Below are positions 43,741 to 56,300 of a stretch of DNA of 64,000 nt, piece by piece (position 1 is the stretch's first letter; every line of letters starts with the position of its first letter). Location: positions 50,344,001 through 50,408,000 of the forward strand of contig OZ024746.1 of NCBI GenBank assembly GCA_964016885.1, in the 5' to 3' direction. Source of the DNA: Eledone cirrhosa (taxonomy: Eukaryota). The notes beneath the pieces are model-generated. The model did no database searches. It was not told where the DNA came from and saw only the letters and a program-made list of their open reading frames with translations. The position numbers and the translations under genes were made by a program.

Positions 43741-46700
43741 TCTAAATGTATAAAAAATTGATTATTTTAGGTTTTTCACAAATTGATCATTTTACACAGT
43801 ATTTCGAAAAATTGTTTTTTTTCAGAAAAGTTTGATTTATTTTCGATTTCGAAAATTGATATATATTATGTAAATACAAAATTTTTCAACGTGTCGAAAC
43901 ACGATGTATAAACGCATTATTTTGAAAAAAACATTTTTTCCAAATACTGTGTAAAATGATCAATTAGTGAAAAACCGAAAAAAATCAATTTTAGATACCA
44001 GAAGTAAATATTTCGAAATGTATAAAAAAATTGATTATTTTAGGTTTTTCACAAATTGATCATTTTACACAGTATTTCGAAAAATTGTTTTTTTTCAGAA
44101 AAGATTGATTTTTTTTCTTTCGAAATATATACTTTCTGATTTCAAAAATTGATATATATTTTGTATTTTTCAAAAATTTTTCAACGTGTCGAAACAATGT
44201 ATAAACGCATTTTTTTTAAAATAAACATTTTTTCCAAATACTTTGTAAAATGATCGATTTGTGAAAAACCCCAAAAAATCAATTTTAGATATCAGAAGTA
44301 AATATTTCGAAATGTATAAAAAAATTGATTATTTTAGGTTTTTCACAAATTGATCATTTTACACAGTATTTCGAAAAATTGTTTTTTTTCAGAAAAGTTT
44401 GATTTATTTTCGATTTCGAAAATTGATATATATTATGTAAATACAAAATTTTTCAACGTGTCGAAACACGATGTATAAACGCATTATTTTGAAAAAAACA
44501 TTTTTTCCAAATACTGTGTAAAATGATCAATTAGTGAAAAACCGAAAAAAATCAATTTTAGATACCAGAAGTAAATATTTCGAAATGTATAAAAAAATTG
44601 ATTATTTTAGGTTTTTCACAAATTGATCATTTTACACAGTATTTCGAAAAATTGTTTTTTTTCAGAAAAGATTGATTTTTTTTCTTTCGAAATATATACT
44701 TTCTGATTTCAAAAATTGATATATATTTTGTATTTTTCAAAAATTTTTCAACGTGTCGAAACAATGTATAAACGCATTTTTTTTAAAATAAACATTTTTT
44801 CCAAATACTTTGTAAAATGATCGATTTGTGAAAAACCCCAAAAAATCAATTTTAGATATCAGAAGTAAATATTTCGAAATGTATAAAAAAATTGATTATT
44901 TTAGGTTTTTCACAAATTGATCATTTTACACAGTATTTCGAAAAATTGTTTTTTTTCAAAAAAGTTTGATTTTTTTTCGATTTCGAAAATTGATATATAT
45001 TTTGTATTTTTCAAAAATTTTTCAACGTGTCGAAACAATGTAAAAACGCATATTTTTGAAAAAAAACATTTTTTCCAAATATTGTGTAAAGTGATCAATT
45101 TGTGAAAAACCTAAAAATATCAATTTTAGATACCAGAACTAAATATTTCGAGATGTATAAAAAAATTGATTATTTTAGGTTTTTCACAAATTGATCATTT
45201 TACACAGTATTTCGAAAAATTGGTTTTTTTCAGAAAAGATTGATTTTTTTTCTTTCTAAATATATACTTTCTGATTTCGAAAATTGATATATATTTTGTA
45301 TTTTTCAAAAATTTTTCAACGTGTCGAAACACAATGTAAAAACGCATATTTTTGAAAAAAAACATTTTTTCCAAATACTGTGTAAAATGATCAATTTGTG
45401 AAAAACCGAAAAAAATCAATTTTAGAAATCAGAAGTAAATATTTTGAAATGTATAAAAAAATTGATTATTTTAGGTTTTTCACAGATCGATCATTTTACA
45501 CAGTATTTCGAAAAATTGTTTTTTTTCAAAAAAGTGATCTTTTTTCGATTTCGAAAATTGATATGTATTTTGTAAAATTGTTTTTTTTCAGAAAAGATTG
45601 ATTTTTTTCTTTCGAAATATATACTTTCTGATTTCGAAAATTGATATATATTTTGTATTTTTCAAAAATTTTTCAACGTGTCGAAACACAATGTATAAAC
45701 GCATTTTTTTAAAAAAAAACATTTTTTCTAAATATTGTGTAAAGTGATCGATTTGTGAAAAACCTAAAAAAATCAATTTTAGATATCAGAAGTAAATATT
45801 TCGAAATGTATAAAAAAATTGATTATTTTAGGTTTTTTCACACATTGATCATTTTACACAGTATTTCGAAAAATTGTTTTTTTTCAAAAAAGTGATTTTT
45901 TTTCGATTTCGAAAATTGATATGTATTTTGTATTTTTCAAAAATTTTTCAACGTGTCGAAACACAACGTATAAACGCATTTTTAAAAAAAAAAACATTTT
46001 TTCTAAATATTGTGTAAAGGTGAAAAACCTAAAAAAATCAATTTTAGATATCAGAAGTAAATATTTCGAAATGTATAAAAAATTGATTATTTTAGGTTTT
46101 TCACAAATTGATCATTTTACACAGTATTTCGAAAAATTGTTTTTTTTCAGAAAAGTTTGATTTATTTTCGATTTAGAAAATTGATATATATTTTGTATTT
46201 TTCAAAAATTTTTCAACGTGTCGAAACACAATGTATAAACGCATTTTTTTAAAAAAAAACATTTTTTCTAAATATTGTGTAAAGTGATCGATTTGTGAAA
46301 AACCCAAAAAAATCAATTTTAGATATCAGAAGTAAATATTTCGAAATGTATAAAAAATTGATTATTTTAGGTTTTTCACAAATTGATCTTACATTGATTT
46401 TACATTGATTTTACACAGTATTTCGAAAAATTGTTTTTTTTCAAAAAATTTGATTTTTTTTCGATTTCGAAAATTGATATGTACTTTGTATTTTTCAAAA
46501 ATTTTTCAACGTGTCGAAACGATGAATAAACGCATTTTTTTGAAAAAAAACATTTTATCCAAAAAGTGATCAATTTATAAAAAACCTAAAAAAATCAATT
46601 TTAGATACCAGAAGTAAATATTTCGAAATGTATAAAAAAATTGATTATTTTAGGTTTTTCACAAATGGATCAAATTGTTTTTTTTCAGAAAAGATTGATT

Positions 46701-47399
46701 TTTTTTCTTTCGCAATATATACTTTCTGATTTCAAAAATTGATATATATTTTGTATTTTTCAAAAATTTTTCAACGTGTCGAAACACAATGTATAAACGC
46801 ATTTTTTTAAAAAAAAACATTTTTTCCAAATATTGTGTAAAGTGATCAATTTGTGAAAAACCTAAAAATATCAATTTTAGATACCAGAACTAAATATTTC
46901 GAAATGTATAAAAAAATTGATTATTTTAGGTTTTTCACAAATTGATCATTTTACACAGTATTTCGAAAAATTGTTTTTTTTCAGAAAAGATTGATTTTTT
47001 TTCTTTCTAAATATATACTTTCTGATTTCGAAAATTGATATATATTTTGTATTTTTCAAAAATTTTTCAACGTGTCGAAACACAATGTAAAAACGCATAT
47101 TTTTGAAAAAAAACATTTTTTCCAAATACTGTGTAAAATGATCAATTTGTGAAAAACCGAAAAAAATCAATTTTAGAAATCAGAAGTAAATATTTTGAAA
47201 TGTATAAAAAAATTGATTATTTTAGGTTTTTCACAGATCGATCATTTTACACAGTATTTCGAAAAATTGTTTTTTTTCAAAAAAGTGATCTTTTTTCGAT
47301 TTAGAAAATTGATATGTATTTTGTAAAATTGTTTTTTTTCAGAAAAGATTGATTTTTTTCTTTCGAAATATATACTTTCTGATTTCGAAAATTGATATA

Positions 47400-50300
47400 T
47401 ATTTTGTATTTTTCAAAAATTTTTCAACGTGTCGAAACACAATGTATAAACGCATCTTTTTAAAAAAAAACATTTTTTCCAAATACTTTTTAAAATGATC
47501 GATTTGTGAAAAACCCCAAAAAATCAATTTTAGATATCAGAAGTAAATATTTCGAAATGTATAAAAAAATTGATTATTTTAGGTTTTTCACAAATTGATC
47601 ATTTTACACAGTATTTCGAAAAATTGTTTTTTTTCAAAAAAGTGATTTTTTTTCGATTTCGAAAATTGATATGTATTTTGTATTTTTCAAAAATTTTTCA
47701 ACGTGTCGAAACACAACGTATAAACGCATTTTTTAAAAAAAAAACATTTTTTCTAAATATTGTGTAAAGGTGAAAAACCTAAAAAAATCAATTTTAGATA
47801 CCAGAACTAAATATTTCGAAATGTATGAAAAAATTGATTATTTTAGGTTTTTCACAAATTGATCATTTTACACAGTATTTCGAAAAATTGTTTTTTTTCA
47901 AAAAAGTGATTTTTTTTCGATTTCGAAAATTGATATGTATTTTGTATTTTTCAATAATTTTTCAACGTGTCGAAACACGATGTATAAACGCATTTTTTTG
48001 AAAAAAAAACATTTTTTCTAAAAATGATCAATTTGTGAAAAACCGAAAAAAATCAATTTTAGAAATCAGAAGTAAATATTTCGAAATGTATAAAAAAATT
48101 GATTATTTTAGGTTTTTCACAAATTGATCATTTTACACAGTATTTCGAAAAATTGTTTTTATTCAGAAAAGATTGAATTTCTATCTTTCTGATTTCGAAA
48201 ATTGATATATATTTTGTATTTTTCAAAAATTTTTCAACGTGTCGAAACACGATGTATAAACGCATTTTTTTGAAAAAAAAACATTTTTTCTAAAAATGAT
48301 CAATTTGTGAAAAACCGAAAAAAATCAATTTTAGAAATCAGAAGTAAGTATTTCGAAATGTATAAAAAATTGATTATTTTAGGTTTTTCACAAATTGATC
48401 ATTTTACACAGTATTTCGAAAAATTGTTTTTTTTCAGAAAAGTTTGATTTATTTTCGATTTAGAAAATTGATATATATTTTGTATTTTTCAAAAATTTTT
48501 CAACGTGTCGAAACACAATGTAAAAACGCATATTTTTGAAAAAAAACATTTTTTCCAAATACTGTGTAAAATGATCAATTTGTGAAAAACCGAAAAAAAT
48601 CAATTTTAGAAATCAGAAGTAAATATTTTGAAATGTATAAAAAAATTGATTATTTTAGGTTTTTCACAGATCGATCATTTTACACAGTATTTCGAAAAAT
48701 TGTTTTTTTTCAAAAAAGTGATCTTTTTTCGATTTCGAAAATTGATATGTATTTTGTAAAATTGTTTTTTTTCAGAAAAGATTGATTTTTTTCTTTCGAA
48801 ATATATACTTTCTGATTTCGAAAATTGATATATATTTTGTATTTTTCAAAAATTTTTCAACGTGTCGAAACACAATGTATAAACGCATTTTTTTAAAAAA
48901 AAACATTTTTTCTAAATATTGTGTAAAGTGATCGATTTGTGAAAAACCTAAAAAAATCAATTTTAGATATCAGAAGTAAATATTTCGAAATGTATAAAAA
49001 AATTGATTATTTTAGGTTTTTTCACACATTGATCATTTTACACAGTATTTCGAAAAATTGTTTTTTTTCAAAAAAGTGATTTTTTTTCGATTTCGAAAAT
49101 TGATATGTATTTTGTATTTTTCAAAAATTTTTCAACGTGTCGAAACACAACGTATAAACGCATTCTTTAAAAAAAAAACATTTTTTCTAAATATTGTGTA
49201 AAGGTGAAAAACCTAAAAAAATCAATTTTAGATATCAGAAGTAAATATTTCGAAATGTATAAAAAATTGATTATTTTAGGTTTTTCACAAATTGATCATT
49301 TTACACAGTATTTCGAAAAATTGTTTTTTTTCAGAAAAGTTTGATTTATTTTCGATTTAGAAAATTGATATATATTTTGTATTTTTCAAAAATTTTTCAA
49401 CGTGTCGAAACACAATGTATAAACGCATTTTTTTAAAAAAAAACATTTTTTCTAAATATTGTGTAAAGTGATCGATTTGTGAAAAACCCAAAAAAATCAA
49501 TTTTAGATATCAGAAGTAAATATTTCGAAATGTATAAAAAATTGATTATTTTAGGTTTTTCACAAATTGATCTTACATTGATTTTACATTGATTTTACAC
49601 AGTATTTCGAAAAATTGTTTTTTTTCAAAAAAGTTTGATTTTTTTTCTATTTCGAAAATTGATATGTACTTTGTATTTTTCAAAAATTTTTCAACGTGTC
49701 GAAACACGATGAATAAACGCATTTTTTTGAAAAAAAACATTTTATCCAAAAAGTGATCAATTTATAAAAAACCTAAAAAAATCAATTTTAGATACCAGAA
49801 GTAAATATTTCGAAATGTATAAAAAAATTGATTATTTTAGGTTTTTCACAAATTGATCAAATTGTTTTTTTTCAGAAAAGATTGATTTTTTTTCTTTTGA
49901 AATATATACTTTCTGATTTCAAAAATTGATATATATTTTGTATTTTTCAAAAATTTTTCAACGTGTCGAAACACAATGTATAAACGCATTTTTTTAAAAA
50001 AAAACATTTTTTCCAAATACTTTTTAAAATGATCGATTTGTGAAAAACCCCAAAAAATCAATTTTAGATATCAGAAGTAAATATTTCGAAATGTATAAAA
50101 AAATTGATTATTTTAGGTTTTTCACAAATTGATCATTTTACAATTTGTGAAAAACCGAAAAAAATCAATTTTAGAAATCAGAAGTAAATATTTCGAAATG
50201 TATAAAAAATTGATTATTTTAGGTTTTTCACAAATTGATCATTTTACACAGTATTTCGAAAAATTGTTTTTTTTCAAAAAAGTGATTTTTTTTCGATTTC

Positions 50301-53300
50301 GAAAATTGATATGTATTTTGTATTTTTCAAAAATTTTTCAACGTGTCGAAACACAACGTATAAACGCATTTTTAAAAAAAAAAACATTTTTTCTAAATAT
50401 TGTGTAAAGGTGAAAAACCTAAAAAAATCAATTTTAGATACCAGAACTAAATATTTCGAAATGTATGAAAAAATTGATTATTTTAGGTTTTTCACAAATT
50501 GATCATTTTACACAGAATTTCGAAAAATTGTTTTTTTTCAAAAAAGTGATTTTTTTTCGATTTCGAAAATTGATATGTATTTTGTATTTTTCAATAATTT
50601 TTCAACGTGTCGAAACACGATGTATAAACGCATTCTTTTGAAAAAAAAACATTTTTTCTAAAAATGATCAATTCGTGAAAAACCGAAAAAAATCAATTTT
50701 AGAAATCAGAAGTAAATATTTCGAAATGTATAAAAAAATTGATTATTTTAGGTTTTTCACAAATTGATCATTTTACACAGTATTTCGAAAAATTGTTTTT
50801 ATTCAGAAAAGATTGAATTTTTATCTTTCTGATTTCGAAAATTGATATATATTTTGTATTTTTCAAAAATTTTTCAACGTGTCGAAACACGATGTATAAA
50901 CGCATTTTTTTGAAAAAAAAACATTTTTTCTAAAAATGATCAATTTGTGAAAAACCGAAAAAAATCAATTTTAGAAATCAGAAGTAAGTATTTCGAAATG
51001 TATAAAAAATTGATTATTTTAGGTTTTTCACAAATTGATCATTTTACACAGTATTTCGAAAAATTGTTTTTTTTCAGAAAAGTTTGATTTATTTTCGATT
51101 TAGAAAATTGATATATATTTTGTATTTTTCAAAAATTTTTCAACGTGTCGAAACACAATGTAAAAACGCATATTTTTGAAAAAAAACATTTTTTCCAAAT
51201 ACTGTGTAAAATGATCAATTTGTGAAAAACCGAAAAAAATCAATTTTAGAAATTAGAAGTAAATATTTTGAAATGTATAAAAAAATTGATTATTTTAGGT
51301 TTTTCACAGATCGATCATTTTACACAGTATTTCGAAAAATTGTTTTTTTTCAAAAAAGTGATCTTTTTTCGATTTCGAAAATTGATATGTATTTTGTAAA
51401 ATTGTTTTTTTTCAGAAAAGATTGATTTTTTTCTTTCGAAATATATACTTTCTGATTTCGAAAATTGATATATATTTTGTATTTTTCAAAAATTTTTCAA
51501 CGTGTCGAAACACAATGTATAAACGCATTTTTTTTAAAAAAAACATTTTTTCTAAATATTGTGTAAAGTGATCGATTTGTGAAAAACCTAAAAAAATCAA
51601 TTTTAGATATCAGAAGTAAATATTTCGAAATGTATAAAAAAAGTGATTATTTTAGGTTTTTTCACACATTGATCATTTTACACAGTATTTCGAAAAATTG
51701 TTTTTTTTCAAAAAAGTGATTTTTTTTCGATTTCGAAAATTGATATGTATTTTGTATTTTTCAAAAATTTTTCAACGTGTCGAAACACAATGTATAAACG
51801 CATTTTTTTTAAAAAAAACATTTTTTCTAAATATTGTGTAAAGTGATCAATTTGTGAAAAACCGAAAAAAATCAATTTTAGAAATCACAAGTAAATATTT
51901 CTAAATGTATAAAAAATTGATTATTTTAGGTTTTTCACAAATTGATCATTTTACACAGTATTTCGAAAAATTGTTTTTTTTCAGAAAAGTTTGATTTATT
52001 TTCGATTTCGAAAATTGATATATATTATGTATTTTTCAAAAATTTTTCAACGTGTCGAAACACGATGCATAAACGCATTATTTTGAAAAAAACATTTTTT
52101 CCAAATACTGTGTAAAATGATCAATTAGTGAAAAACCGAAAAAAATCAATTTTAGATACCAGAAGTAAATATTTCGAAATGTATAAAAAAATTGATTATT
52201 TTAGGTTTTTCACAAATTGATCATTTTACACAGTATTTCGAAAAATTGTTTTTTTTCAGAAAAGATTGATTTTTTTCTTTCGAAATATATACTTTCTGAT
52301 TTCAAAAATTGATATATATTTTGTATTTTTCAAAAATTTTTCAACGTGTCGAAACACAATGTATATACGCATTTTTTAAAAAAAAAACATTTTTTCCAAA
52401 TACTTTGTAAAATGATCGATTTGTGAAAAACCCCAAAAAATCAATTTTAGATATCAGAAGTAAATATTTCGAAATGTATAAAAAAATTGATTATTTTAGG
52501 TTTTTCACATATTGATCATTTTACACAGTATTTCGAAAAATTGTTTTTTTTCAAAAAAGTGATTTTTTTTCGATTTCGAAAATTGATATGTATTTTGTAT
52601 TTTTCAAAAATTTTTCAACGTGTCGAAACACAACGTATAAACGCATTTTTTTAAAAAAAAACATTTTTTCTAAATATTGTGTAAAGGTGAAAAACCTAAA
52701 AAAATCAATTATAGATATCAGAAGTAAATATTTCGAAATGTATAAAAAAATTGATTATTTTAGGTTTCTCACAAATTGATCATTTTACACAGTATTTCGA
52801 AAAATTGTTTTTTTTCAAAAAAGTTTGATTTTTTTTCGATTTCGAAAATTGATATATATTTTGTATTTTTCAAAAATTTTTCAACGTGTCGAAACAATGT
52901 AAAAACGCATATTTTTGAAAAAAAACATTTTTTCCAAATATTGTGTAAAGTGATCAATTTGTGAAAAACCTAAAAATATCAATTTTAGATATCAGAAGTA
53001 AATATTTCGAAATGTATAAAAAATTGATTATTTTAGGTTTTTCACAAATTGATCATTTTACACAGTATTTCGAAAAATTGTTTTTTTTCAGAAAAGTTTG
53101 ATTTATTTTCGATTTAGAAAATTGATATATATTTTGTATTTTTCAAAAATTTTTCAACGTGTCGAAACACAATGTATAAACGCATCTTTTTAAAAAAAAA
53201 CATTTTTTCCAAATACTTTTTAAAATGATCGATTTGTGAAAAACCCCAAAAAATCAATTTTAGATATCAGAAGTAAATATTTCGAAATGTATAAAAAAAT

Positions 53301-56300
53301 TGATTATTTTAGGTTTTTCACAAATTGATCATTTTACACAGTATTTCGAAAAATTGTTTTTTTTCAAAAAAGTGATTTTTTTTCGATTTCGAAAATTGAT
53401 ATGTATTTTGTATTTTTCAAAAATTTTTCAACGTGTCGAAACACAACGTATAAACGCATTTTTTAAAAAAAAAACATTTTTTCTAAATATTGTGTAAAGG
53501 TGAAAAACCTAAAAAAATCAATTTTAGATACCAGAACTAAATATTTCGAAATGTATGAAAAAATTGATTATTTTAGGTTTTTCACAAATTGATCATTTTA
53601 CACAGTATTTCGAAAAATTGTTTTTTTTCAAAAAAGTGATTTTTTTTCGATTTCGAAAATTGATATGTATTTTGTATTTTTCAATAATTTTTCAACGTGT
53701 CGAAACACGATGTATAAACGCATTTTTTTGAAAAAAAAACATTTTTTCTAAAAATGATCAATTTGTGAAAAACCGAAAAAAATCAATTTTAGAAATCAGA
53801 AGTAAATATTTCGAAATGTATAAAAAAATTGATTATTTTAGGTTTTTCACAAATTGATCATTTTACACAGTATTTCGAAAAATTGTTTTTATTCAGAAAA
53901 GATTGAATTTCTATCTTTCTGATTTCGAAAATTGATATATATTTTGTATTTTTCAAAAATTTTTCAACGTGTCGAAACACGATGTATAAACGCATTTTTT
54001 TGAAAAAAAAACATTTTTTCTAAAAATGATCAATTTGTGAAAAACCGAAAAAAATCAATTTTAGAAATCAGAAGTAAGTATTTCGAAATGTATAAAAAAT
54101 TGATTATTTTAGGTTTTTCACAAATTGATCATTTTACACAGTATTTCGAAAAATTGTTTTTTTTCAGAAAAGTTTGATTTATTTTCGATTTAGAAAATTG
54201 ATATATATTTTGTATTTTTCAAAAATTTTTCAACGTGTCGAAACACAATGTAAAAACGCATATTTTTGAAAAAAAACATTTTTTCCAAATACTGTGTAAA
54301 ATGATCAATTTGTGAAAAACCGAAAAAAATCAATTTTAGAAATCAGAAGTAAATATTTTGAAATGTATAAAAAAATTGATTATTTTAGGTTTTTCACAGA
54401 TCGATCATTTTACACAGTATTTCGAAAAATTGTTTTTTTTCAAAAAAGTGATCTTTTTTCGATTTCGAAAATTGATATGTATTTTGTAAAATTGTTTTTT
54501 TTCAGAAAAGATTGATTTTTTTCTTTCGAAATATATACTTTCTGATTTCGAAAATTGATATATATTTTGTATTTTTCAAAAATTTTTCAACGTGTCGAAA
54601 CACAATGTATAAACGCATTTTTTTAAAAAAAAACATTTTTTCTAAATATTGTGTAAAGTGATCGATTTGTGAAAAACCTAAAAAAATCAATTTTAGATAT
54701 CAGAAGTAAATATTTCGAAATGTATAAAAAAATTGATTATTTTAGGTTTTTTCACACATTGATCATTTTACACAGTATTTCGAAAAATTGTTTTTTTTCA
54801 AAAAAGTGATTTTTTTTCGATTTCGAAAATTGATATGTATTTTGTATTTTTCAAAAATTTTTCAACGTGTCGAAACACAACGTATAAACGCATTCTTTAA
54901 AAAAAAAACATTTTTTCTAAATATTGTGTAAAGGTGAAAAACCTAAAAAAATCAATTTTAGATATCAGAAGTAAATATTTCGAAATGTATAAAAAATTGA
55001 TTATTTTAGGTTTTTCACAAATTGATCATTTTACACAGTATTTCGAAAAATTGTTTTTTTTCAGAAAAGTTTGATTTATTTTCGATTTAGAAAATTGATA
55101 TATATTTTGTATTTTTCAAAAATTTTTCAACGTGTCGAAACACAATGTATAAACGCATTTTTTTAAAAAAAAACATTTTTACTAAATATTGTGTAAAGTG
55201 ATCGATTTGTGAAAAACCCAAAAAAATCAATTTTAGATATCAGAAGTAAATATTTCGAAATGTATAAAAAATTGATTATTTTAGGTTTTTCACAAATTGA
55301 TCTTACATTGATTTTACATTGATTTTACACAGTATTTCGAAAAATTGTTTTTTTTCAAAAAAGTTTGATTTTTTTTCTATTTCGAAAATTGATATGTACT
55401 TTGTATTTTTCAAAAATTTTTCAACGTGTCGAAACACGATGAATAAACGCATTTTTTTGAAAAAAAACATTTTATCCAAAAAGTGATCAATTTATAAAAA
55501 ACCTAAAAAAATCAATTTTAGATACCAGAAGTAAATATTTCGAAATGTATAAAAAAATTGATTATTTTAGGTTTTTCACAAATTGATCAAATTGTTTTTT
55601 TTCAGAAAAGATTGATTTTTTTTCTTTTGAAATATATACTTTCTGATTTCAAAAATTGATATATATTTTGTATTTTTCAAAAATTTTTCAACGTGTCGAA
55701 ACACAATGTATAAACGCATTTTTTTAAAAAAAAACATTTTTTCCAAATACTTTTTAAAATGATCGATTTGTGAAAAACCCCAAAAAATCAATTTTAGATA
55801 TCAGAAGTAAATATTTCGAAATGTATAAAAAAATTGATTATTTTAGGTTTTTCACAAATTGATCATTTTACAATTTGTGAAAAACCGAAAAAAATCAATT
55901 TTAGAAATCAGAAGTAAATATTTCGAAATGTATAAAAAATTGATTATTTTAGGTTTTTCACAAATTGATCATTTTACACAGTATTTCGAAAAATTGTTTT
56001 TTTTCAAAAAAGTGATTTTTTTTCGATTTCGAAAATTGATATGTATTTTGTATTTTTCAAAAATTTTTCAACGTGTCGAAACACAACGTATAAACGCATT
56101 TTTAAAAAAAAAAACATTTTTTCTAAATATTGTGTAAAGGTGAAAAACCTAAAAAAATCAATTTTAGATACCAGAACTAAATATTTCGAAATGTATGAAA
56201 AAATTGATTATTTTAGGTTTTTCACAAATTGATCATTTTACACAGAATTTCGAAAAATTGTTTTTTTTCAAAAAAGTGATTTTTTTTCGATTTCGAAAAT

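Larger units (their letters stand above)
20530..46500 (+). repeat. Large tandem duplication: ~10.6-kb block (~20.5-31.15 kb) followed by a longer ~15.3-kb copy (~31.15-46.5 kb)
   Basis: Identical ORF pairs at offsets 10620 (21275/31895, 22284/32904), 11268 (25874/37142), 12745 (27239/39984), 12968 (28147/41115) and 15345 (29565/44910, 30576/45921). Confidence 0.88.
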
